The notes below the pieces were generated by a model that saw nothing but the letters and a program-made list of their open reading frames with translations, ran no database searches and was not told where the DNA came from. The translations under genes and the position numbers were made by a program. Shown in pieces: positions 41,301 to 53,300 of a stretch of 64,000 bases of DNA. The first letter of the stretch is position 1. Every line of letters begins with the position of its first letter. This stretch comes from Mizuhopecten yessoensis (taxonomy: Eukaryota): contig NW_018480056.1 in NCBI RefSeq assembly GCF_002113885.1, positions 257,369-321,368 on the forward strand, in the 5' to 3' direction.

Positions 41301-44300
41301 CTTTGTATATCCTTTGTCTGTATTCATCCTAAAAATTCTTAGTACCAATGATTGTATTTCTTTTCTTTTTTGTTTATTTTAGAATGTAAGGGATTAAACA
41401 AGACGGAATTCTTGACGTCTGTGAACATTAAACGCCTCAGTAATTGTACTCTGATAGAGGGCAATCTTAAAATTGTGGAGACCACTTTTAATGGGTATGT
41501 ATGGTATGACAGGATTGCCTCCCTTAGAACGAGATGTGATTAACAGTTATCTAGACTCTATACAAAAAGTATAAGCATAAAAATAATATTCTTGGCCAAA
41601 TTTCCAGGTACAGGTGCCAGATGTTTCAAAACCAAACTGTAAAATCAAATTCTTTTCAACAAGCAAGTCACATTGGGTCATGATATTTAGTCTGTCGCAT
41701 GCTAGTATGAACGGATTTGAAAATTGTTAAATCAATTTCCTGCACATAGTCACAGGGTTCATAAATGTATGTCTTTAAATGTTTAAAGTATTTAAAATGT
41801 TTTCTTAATAACTATGATCATTGGATAATGATATTGGCTAGTAGAAGTCGAGGATAAAGGGCTAATAGTGGTTTTTGCTTTAAAAGAATGAGCCAGATCC
41901 TCTTTTCAGAGGACAGATATCTTATAACTTGAAATTTTAAAATAATATTTTTTATCCCGCAGCTTGAAGGGTTATGTTTTGATTATTATGATATAACTTT
42001 TTGTCATATAAGAAATCTCAATTCACATTTTATTCTGTACGTTGCATGATTTGAGTTAAAATCTCTACCTTGTTAAACATGCGAGTAATAGAGGCGATAT
42101 AGGATTTCTTAAATAATTCTTTTGTTAACCCTGACAGAGATGAATACAGAAATATTTCTGGATTGGATCCTGAAGATCTGTATGTATTCAACACGGTAAG
42201 GGAGATCACTGGGTTTGTCATAATCCAGTCAAACCATTCCGGCTTCAAGAACTTGTCGTTCCTATCAAACCTGGAGGTCATAAGAGGCCGAGAACTGGAT
42301 GGGTACGTACAAAAGATTTTTGCTTTGATTATTTTTCATTTTTGTTTTAAAAAACATTTTATTTTGATTTTTCATTTATTTTGATTTTTCATTTTCAACT
42401 TATTCACCCCTGAAGACACATTTTAACGCCTCAAATTCAAGGTTAATACATTGATATTTACATTCTGTATTGCATTTGCCTTTATGTCGTTAGTAAACAA
42501 AATTGCAGTATATGAGACTGTATACTACAATTTACAGTGATACGGCCAGTGTAGGAATACAGCTGGTACAAGGTAAACAAACATGGCCGCCCGATACTTT
42601 CAGTATCAATAGGCCTATAGTCGGAAAACATCCTGGGTTCATAAGCATTTAGCAATATAGGTCATCGCAAAAAAAAATAAAGCAACTTGACAAATTATGA
42701 CAATATAAATTTATTATAAGACGTGTAGGTACCACAAAATTATTGTAAGCGCCATTCTAGATACAAGTTTATCAACGTCATCACACAGGGGATCGGTTTC
42801 GATATTTTAAGTTATGCATAACATCAGTGAATAACCACAACACTAAAATTCAGCATTTCTAAAACCTTGTAAAAGTCGAGGGTATCGACAAGATTTTAGA
42901 ATGTGTATATTCAGTGATGTCATCCATTACACAAGGCCACGAAACTGAGCCCCTGTGAACGTGGTCCGCTAGCGATGATAATCTGACCGATTAGACATGG
43001 AATATGTTTCAAACGAAATGTCCTTGGAATCGTTATCACCTACTGAAAAGACCATTTTAATTAAACATTTTCAAGTGTATATGCTTCTGAAAATAACGTA
43101 ATATTCCAGTCAAAGGAAACATAAGCGTTTCCGAGTAAACAATCAAGTCCGTTCAGCGCCGCATCACTTCAAAATACATGTTATCTATCAATGCGCGAAA
43201 AACAGCTTTAATTTTAAACAAGCAAAAGTTATGCAATTATTGACAATTTTTCAACATATACATACTCATAGGAAATAAATAATAAAGTTAAGTTTGTGTT
43301 CAAACCATTTTATGTGCGTGTGGTTTTCAATGACACGACAGACTATATTATTTCTTCTGGAAATGTCGGCTGTTCTGGGATTTGAACTTACTGACGTCAC
43401 TGATATGATAAGCGGGAAATTCAAACGTATTTTTGCTTCAGTTACTATACAAAACAAACTATATACATATAAATGTAAATATAAGCATTGAACTGTTACC
43501 AGATGCAGTATACAGTCGATATGAATGCAATTTGGGTGACAGTTAAATATTCATGTCGCCCGTTATCATCTGGTAACAGTTCAATGCTTAATGAAATTTC
43601 AGGGGTGAATAAGTAAAAGAACGGTGATGACTCTCTTACTTAGTTACTGAGTTACTTGATGTACTATGTTACTTTATTATATCTCACCTTTAAAATAGTG
43701 TGTCTGGTCGGATAATATTGATCTCATTACTGGGAAATAAAACTTCATGTTCTCCTTGTGTAACTGAATTTCCCTAGTCATATTTCCCTTATTGGGATAA
43801 AGGCACCACACCTGAGTTCCAAGTGGCTGGAGCAGACAACAATAATGGCCAGTCGACCTGATCATCTTTATATTATTGTTAATGTTAGTTCAATATGTAT
43901 TGCCCTTGTGGTAAGGAAACACAATTGCTTTGACCTTATGAAACATGATTAATCTCCGGGGAAACAAATAATCGTGTTTCTTTATCACAAGGGCATTAGA
44001 TGAACATAAGTTCACGACTGTGACATAGTTGTACATTGTATATATATGTGTGCATTTTTTTGGTAGGGAACCGGGCAGGCACATATACATAAAAAAAACA
44101 AGATGTTATTCATTTAACATGTGACTTACAGTTACCGTTTTTTCATTGCAGGAGGAGTAATGCCCTCAACATCATGGCCACACCTCTCGAGTCACTAGAA
44201 CTTAACTCCCTTAGATTGATATCTTTTGGCAAGGTACTGATCTGGTTCAATAAGCGTTTGTGCTATGCCAACACAGTGAACTTCACCAAGTTGTTTGTGG

Positions 44301-47300
44301 CCTCCTCTCAGACTGCCTTTATCGGAAATAATCGTGACATCAGCCAGTGTGGTAGGTATTCATACTACAGATTAATGTGATGTCAGGATTGCATCCTATC
44401 ATAATTTAATTTTAATGGATGCATTTGATCTGATCAAAAAGTCCTATCAAATATATGTTTTTTGTCAATTATCTCAAATGACCCTATTTTCATGTGTAAC
44501 ATATAATTTCTACAAAATGTCTGTCTGTCTGTCATGTAGTGAGATTAACTGATTATCTTCAATACCACTGATAGTTTACATACCGGGGTAACACATGCAT
44601 TGTCTCCCTAAACACTATATTACTCTACATGGACAGTGTAGTATGTCACTTAAGAAACTGTTTTAATTTGTAAATGGTCTATTTTCATTGAGGTTCTTAA
44701 ATGTATAAATTATCTTCCTTTACGGTCCCTTACTTGCTAAAAGCGTGAATGGTGTAATACATGGAGGTTCTTAATCACTTAAATGATCTCCCTTTACAGT
44801 CCCATATGTCACTTAAGGACTTGTTAAAATGTGTGAACAGTCTCTTTTCATTGAGGTTCCTAAATGTATAAATTATCTCCCTTTACAGTTACCAGTATTC
44901 ACAAACAAATTATGTTGTTAAACAATGTCAAAATGTACAAATTATCTCCCTGTACAGTTACCAGTATTCACAAAGAAATTATGTTGTTAAACAATGTCAA
45001 AATGTACAAATTATCTCCCTTTACAGTTACCAGTATTCACAAACAAATAATGTTGTTAAAATGTCAAAATGTATAAATTATCTCCCTTTACAGTTACCAG
45101 TATTCACAAACAAATTGTGTTTTTAAACAATGTCAAAATGTTTTAATGATCCGTTTTACAGAGATTGAGGGTCATGTATGTGACCCGGAATGTTCGATAG
45201 ACGGCTGCTGGGGCATGGGTCCCAATAAGTGTCTATCCTGTAGACATATGAAGGTGAACGACAGCTCCAACCTGTGTCTTAAAACCTGTGATGCCAGCCC
45301 TCTACTGTACCAGGATACTCCTAGCGGGTGTAAACCCTGCCACAAAGAATGTGCCAACAACTGTACTGGTCCTGTAAGTTTGTATTCAGCTCTACCTCGT
45401 TACTCATGGCACTACATACAAAAATGACTGCAGGGACATTAAAGGACATGTCCACACGTCCTGTAATTTTATTTAATCACAAAGGATTGTATAGTCTTCA
45501 AAAATGAAAAAAAAACACGTCATATTTTAGAAATATGGGAACTTTCAATGCTAATAAAGGAAAAACGTACCATGAAGTTAAAAGTGTCATTGCAATTTTA
45601 AAAATTTTGTTGGAGAAATTTTCGACAGAAATATTTCATACTGTATAAGTCATCTTGCCTTTTACAAAATTATTGTTGTTTGCAATTTGAATATTAAAAG
45701 AAAAACCCAGGGGAACTGCTTATATATATATACTTAGCTAATGTTACTTTGACAAGAAACTTAACCTGAAGCCAAAAATACTTTCTTTTATCATTACCCC
45801 GTTTTCTATATAGGGGGAAGGATGCTCATCATAACCCCGTCTTCTATATAGGTGGAAGGATGCTCATCATAACCCCGTCTTCTATATAGGTGGAAGGATG
45901 CTCATCATAACCCCGTCTTCTATATAGGTGGAAGGATGCTCATCATTACCCCGCCTTCTATATAGGGGGAAGGATGCTCATCATAACCCTGCCTTCTATA
46001 TAGGTGGAAGGAGGCTCATCATAACCCTGCCTTCTATATAGGTGGAAGGATGCTCATCATAACCCCGTCTTCTATATAGGTGGAAGGATGCTCATCATAA
46101 CCCTGTCTTCTATATAGGGGGAAGGATGCTCATCATAACACCGTCTTCTATATAGGGGGAAGGATGCTCATCATACCCCCGTCTTCTATATAGGGGGAAG
46201 GATGCTCATCATAACACCGTCTTCTATATAGGGGGAAGGATGCTCATCATTACCCTGTCTTCTATATAGGGGGAAGGATGCTCATCATAACCCTGCCTTC
46301 TATATAGGTGGAATGATGCTCATCATAACCCTGCCTTCTATATAGGTGGAAGGATGCTCATCATAACCCCGTCTTCTATATGGGTGGAAGGATGCTCATC
46401 ATTACCCCGTCTTCTATATAGGTGGAAGGATGCTCATCATTACCCCGTCTTCTATATAGGTGGAGGGATTCTTCAAGCTGTGAAAGCAGCAGAAATTGAT
46501 GTTTGATGATGCAGTACTTTTATTAATTAGTGATGTTTTCAAAATAATTAAAGGCTGGTTGAGTTTCCACCACTATAAGAATAATAATACTATAATCACA
46601 TATAATTGTCTGGAGCTGATCTGACAATAAGCCCATGCCTGGTAATAAGCCCACCCATAGCTACTGCAGTTCAGTAAAAATATGAACAGATGCTATATTA
46701 TTGTCCTGTAATAAGCTTACCTGCCTACTTCGAGTCAGAGATCATGGTCCTGATCCTCTTGTTGTTTATTTTTTGTAGAAAGCCAGTCAATGTGATTCCT
46801 GTAAACACATCATCGTCGTTGACAGCAACAATAGTATGCAGGTTTGTCACGAGACATGCCCAAAGAAATTCTACGCTGACGAGGACAAGATCTGTCGACC
46901 ATGCTACGAACACTGCAGCAACGGGTAAGTCAGCTTAAATTATTCATGTTTCTTATAACACAAACTTATATACCAGTAAATATTACTACAGTAATTTAAA
47001 TTGTTGTACACCATTATTTTTAAGAAGGGTTCTTAAATAAAACAAAAAAATCAAATTAAAAATAATATAAATGCAAAGTTTGTTTCGAACACAAACTGGA
47101 ATTGAAAATATTTTTTGTGAACTTTCAGAAACGTCGTGTAGATTACTCTTTGCTTGACAAAGAGACAGACATTTTCGAAAGCTTGCAAAAGAAGTTAATA
47201 ATTCCTGTTTGTGTTCAAAAGAAACTTGGCATTTATTATGTATAAACCAAACTTATGAATCTTATTCCAAATAAAAATAATTCCACCATAAGCACATGTA

Positions 47301-50300
47301 TATCATTACTATTTCATATTTAGTAATATTATTGTACAGATGTACTGGACCCTCGAGTGAGCTGAAGATCGGAGGTTGCAAGTCGTGTAACATTGCAGAA
47401 GAAATACGAGACGGTGGAGGGGAGATACGCCTCTTCTGTATAGCAGATGACGGATCAGATTGTCGTAAGGATTTCTACAAAACCACGGTAACGGCAAAGG
47501 ACCCTGGCCCTATGGCAGGCGGACAGGTAAAATTAACAGATTAATTATAATGCTCTATCAAATGAACTTTTTGATTAATCTCACTCCTTTTTACATAATT
47601 ACCATTTTCTTGTTAAGCTGCACATCATTGAGTAATAATTTAGGAACGTTCAATTGTCCCAGCTCTTTTCTGATTTGATCATTTTTCTGTTAAATTTGCC
47701 ACATTACTCTTTCTTATCATGCAAAGACAATTTTAGGTTGCTGGACTTTTAAGGAAGTTAATTTAATCATGTTGAAATTATCCCCATTAGTCTGTGGACA
47801 TGTCAACATAACAAACATCTTGGGTGTGACACTCTGACTTAACCCTTTCACCACTGTGTACCATAATGGACTCGTCCAGATCAATGAATGGTAGAGTTGA
47901 CTAAAGTTACATAGGGGTGAATGGGTTAAGTATGTCATTTGGGTCACATCATTTTTATTTAAGAATTTATGCATGTACATCAAATAAAATATTCTTGGAT
48001 AAATGATATAAGTTCATCAAATCTCTGATAGATGGTCATCTGTTTTCAGTTGTGTAAGCCCTGTCATCCCTTATGTGACGGATGTGTCGGTCATGGACCC
48101 GCCCAATGTAAGAGCTGTCTCCACTATAAAGAGGATGACTATTGCGTGGCGTCCTGTCACAGCTTCAACTACGGCAACAAATTGACGAAGCGATGTGAAC
48201 CATGCCATGCAGAATGTCAGAAAGGTTGTTCTGATCCCACAGCTTCTGACTGCTTCTCGTGCAAAACCTACAAAATCTACACCGACGAGGCCAATAGCAT
48301 GAGAGTGAGTCCTGATTCCATTTAATGATCCAAGTTTTTAGCGTTTTTAGCATATGTTTCATACTCAATAGCAAAACTTATTTCCAGTCAGAAAAAAAAT
48401 CATGTACAAGATTGTTGTTTTTTAACTTTTTTCTAACTTATTAAATTAGCAAAGTTTGTTTTCAATCTGAAAATTTTATGTACAATGTTTGTTTTGAAAC
48501 ATTTTGTATGGCCTAGCCATAAAATGGAGGGTATATAATGCTGCCCAAGTTTGTCTCATCCCCTCACCTCGTTATACAATGTAAATTAACGCTCTAGCAA
48601 ATTCATTCTGTGACGGATTTTCCTCAAACTATAAACAAATGTCAAAAGTTTGCAAACACATCAGATGACTTAGTGTTTTAAGATTCCAAGGTCTAGATCA
48701 AGGTCAAGGTAGTGGTATGGTAAAACACTAACCTTGGGTTTATTTCACTGCCTTTATTATATCAGGGGGGGGGGGGGGGGGGGNNNNNNNNNNNNNNNNN
48801 NNNNNNNNNNNNNNNNNNNNNNNNNNNNNNNNNNNNNNNNNNNNNNNNNNNNNNNNNNNNNNNNNNNNNNNNNNNNNNNNNNNNNNNNNNNNNNNNNNNN
48901 NNNNNNNNNNNNNNNNNNNNNNNNNNNNNNNNNNNNNNNNNNNNNNNNNNNNNNNNNNNNNNNNNNNNNNNNNNNNNNNNNNNNNNNNNNNNNNNNNNNN
49001 NNNNNNNNNNNNNNNNNNNNNNNNNNNNNNNNNNNNNNNNNNNNNNNNNNNNNNNNNNNNNNNNNNNNNNNNNNNNNNNNNNNNNNNNNNNNNNNNNNNN
49101 NNNNNNNNNNNNNNNNNNNNNNNNNNNNNNNNNNNNNNNNNNNNNNNNNNNNNNNNNNNNNNNNNNNNNNNNNNNNNNNNNNNNNNNNNNNNNNNNNNNN
49201 NNNNNNNNNNNNNNNNNNNNNNNNNNNNNNNNNNNNNNNNNNNNNNNNNNNNNNNNNNNNNNNNNNNNNNNNNNNNNNNNNNNNNNNNNNNNNNNNNNNN
49301 NNNNNNNNNNNNNNNNNNNNNNNNNNNNNNNNNNNNNNNNNNNNNNNNNNNNNNNNNNNNNNNNNNNNNNNNNNNNNNNNNNNNNNNNNNNNNNNNNNNN
49401 NNNNNNNNNNNNNNNNNNNNNNNNNNNNNNNNNNNNNNNNNNNNNNNNNNNNNNNNNNNNNNNNNNNNNNNNNNNNNNNNNNNNNNNNNNNNNNNNNNNN
49501 NNNNNNNNNNNNNNNNNNNNNNNNNNNNNNNNNNNNNNNNNNNNNNNNNNNNNNNNNNNNNNNNNNNNNNNNNNNNNNNNNNNNNNNNNNNNNNNNNNNN
49601 NNNNNNNNNNNNNNNNNNNNNNNNNNNNNNNNNNNNNNNNNNNNNNNNNNNNNNNNNNNNNNNNNNNNNNNNNNNNNNNNNNNNNNNNNNNNNNNNNNNN
49701 NNNNNNNNNNNNNNNNNNNNNNNNACTGGTTTATTTCACTGCCTTTATTATATCATGGGGTAATTTACACCTGATTTATTTCACTGCCTTTATTATATCA
49801 GGGGGTAATTTACACTGGTTTATTTCACTGCCTTTATTATATCATGGGGTAATTTACACCTGATTTATTTCACTGCCTTTATTATATCATGGGGTAATTT
49901 ACACTGGTTTATTTCACTGCCTTTATTATATCAGGGGGCAATTTACACCTGGCTTATTTCACTGCCTTTATTATATCAGGGGGTATTTACACCTGGTTTA
50001 TTTCACTGCCTTTATTATATCAGGGGGGTAATTTATGCGTGGTTTATTTCACTGACCTTGTAATGACCTTTTGTGCTTCAGTTTAACTGTACATCTGAGT
50101 GTCCAACTGACATGCCCCATCTGGTCAAGGACGAACATGACACGAAGAACGGGATGACTGTTTGTGCACGAGATGACCACCCTATGGTTATGGCTAGAAT
50201 GGCCGCAGATGCCGAGTAAGTAACCAATCTTTGTTAAACTAACTTATGGGTATTTTTTTTAACTTATATTATAAAATACAGCAGCAGCTACATGACGGTT

Positions 50301-53300
50301 GCTGTAATCATGTGATAGTTCTAATTATATAATAGTTGTCTTATTAGATGACTGATGTTTTAATTACATGATAATGTTGTAATTGCATGATAGTTGTGGT
50401 AATTACATGATAGTCGTTGTAATGCCATGATAGTTGTTGTAATTACATGATAGTTGTTTTAATTACATGATAGTTGTTGTAATGACATGATAGTTGTTGT
50501 AATGACAGGATAGTTGTTGTTATAATTACAAGATAGTTGTTGTAATGACATGATAGTTGTTGTAATGCCATGATAGTTGTTGTAATGACATGATAGTTGT
50601 TGTTGTAATGACATGATAGTTGTTGTTGTAATGACATGATAGTTGTTTTGTAATGACATGATAGTTGTAGTAATGACATGATAGTTATTGTTGTAATGAC
50701 ATGATAGTTGTTTTGTAATGACATGCTAGTTGTAGTAATGACATGATAGTTGTCGTAATGACATGATAGTTGTTGTTTTAATGACATGATAGTTGTTGTT
50801 TTAATGACATGATAGTTGTTGTTTTAATGACATGATAGTTGTTTTAATGACATAATAGTTGTTGTTGTAATGACATTATAGTTGTTGTTGTAATTACAAG
50901 ATATTGTTGTAATGACATGATAGTGGTTGTTGTAATTACAAGATATAGTTGTAATGACATGCTAGTTGTTGTAATGCCATGATAGTTGTTGTAATGACAT
51001 GATTGTTGTTGTAATGACATAACAGTTTTTGTTTTAATTAGATGATAGTTGTTGTAGTGACATGATATTTGTTGTTTTAATTACATGATAGTTTTTGTTG
51101 TTACATGATAATTGTTTTAATTACATGATAGTTGTTGTAATGACATGATAGTTGTTGTAACTGACATGATAGTTGTTGTAACTGACATGTTGGTTGTATC
51201 AAGGTGATAGTTGTTTAAATACATGACAGTTCTAATTATATGATTGTGTAAATGACAGGGAAGAAAAGAAGAAGATAGCCGTGATTGCAGGACCAGTAAT
51301 TGGAGGAATCATCCTTGTGGCTATTCTCCTTGCCCTGTTTGGTTACTATTGGCGACAGCAAGCACGCTCAAAGGAGAAAACAGCTATGCTGACTGCCAAG
51401 ATGACTGGCTATGATGATGAGGTAACATAGATGAATATTTGTGAAGCTGCTAAATGATTTCTAATGTGTAAAATAAACAAGTCATAAAAGTAATTGATAT
51501 AATATGATAATGGTATTATTGATGACTGCAGAAGACTGTGATCAAAGCTGAGAATATTTTTTTTGTTTCCGTAGCAACCTGTGACACCAACCAGTGCGAA
51601 ACCTGACATGTCTCATCTACGCCTTATTAAAGAATCAGACATGCGTAAGGGAGGGATCATTGGCTCTGGAGCATTTGGAACAGTGTACAAGGTATGTAAA
51701 ATGGCTTCTCCCTATCTCAAAAATATGAAAAGATGCCTGTCTTTCTGTTAAATTTCTTCTATATTAACAAGGTAAATGTTTAGTTAACCGAAAATGAATT
51801 TCTTTTGTAAAGTTTCTATAAGTTTACATCTTTGGACCATAATTATACGCTGATAAAAATGTTATGTTTTTTTGTTTTTGTATCTCAATATTCATGTAAA
51901 AAGACAAAATGCAGAATGAAAAATAAAGGAAATTGTTGCATTGTACCTGTCTTTCTTAGGGATTCTGGATCCCGGCCAAGGACAACGTTAAGATCCCAGT
52001 GGCCATCAAGGTCCTCCAGGAGGGAACATCGGCCAATCAGAACCAGGAACTCCTCGACGAGGCTCGTGTGATGGCCTCTGTTGACCATCCCTGCTGTATC
52101 CGGATCCTCGCTGCCTGTATGACAGCTCAGATGATGCTGATCACCCAGCTCATGCCTCTCGGTTGTTTACTTGACTACGTCCGCAAACACAAGGAAAACA
52201 TAGGCTCAAAGGTCCTTCTCAATTGGTGTACACAGATTGCAAAGGTACATAAATGTTTGAGTTGTCTCACTTTGTATATATTGTCAGTGTTCTACAAGAG
52301 TTATGCCCCTTGCTAAGAACTTTTTTCCTTTTAGCAGAATTGAGTCGAACAAATAGCAAAAGTAATTTCAGGGAGTTTAAATTGTACTTAGCACAAACTT
52401 TTGCTTTCATCCTGTAATGATATGTTTGTTTTGTCTAATTTATTAATGAAACCTGTTAACTAACAATATTGTCCCTGGCAAGAGATTGTCTGGCTGGCCA
52501 CAGTCAGGTGTGAGGCCTACAGCATTGCACAGCATTTGAATACCAGTGAACTGTTAGGTGTAGGTTCAACTCTCGGAGGGAGGGCCTCTTTTGTCAGACC
52601 ACAGAACTCCAGGGTCCACAAATAGTTGTATGTAGATGATGTTTAACTTGCAGCAACCCTTGATGTAAATACTTATGTTCGTGTTATAGATGTTTTACTT
52701 TATTTTTGTATCACATACAGCTTGTTCTTTAAAAATAAAGTATGGTCCCAACAACTTCAATATCGTCTTATTTGACGGTTTTGTTTGACTATCTACAATA
52801 TTGTGTTTCCCCTTCCAGGGAATGGCCTACTTGGAGGAGAGAGATGTAGTTCACAGGGACTTGGCCGCCAGAAATGTATTAGGTCAGTTTTCTTCTTATA
52901 CATAGAATCTTCCATGAGTTTCCATTTCATATGAGATTTATGAAACGAGTCTAAGAAATTTTCAATTTAGCTAGCCTCTGGCGAGCTAAAATGAAAAATT
53001 CTTGACGAGTTTCATAAATTTCATATGAAATGGAAACGAGTGTAAGATCCATTATATCACATAATCAAGATTTGTGGCATTTATTCAAGTAAATCAACAA
53101 TTTTCATGCAACCTTGAAATGTAAAAAGCCACCATTTTGACTCCAGTGCATAAGTCTGTGATGTCATGTACTTGTCCTAGGCTTGACGTCACAATTGAAA
53201 CTTTCAACCAATCACAGGGCTGACAGCTATAGGTCATATTACATGGATTAATACGCAAAAAGATATGACATGGGTATATTCACAGTACATTATGTGATAA

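Noticed and set aside
48784-49724. Missing EGFR exon inside the assembly gap
   Set aside because: Same minisatellite on both sides of the gap, and flanking exons join in frame with continuous Cys-rich sequence
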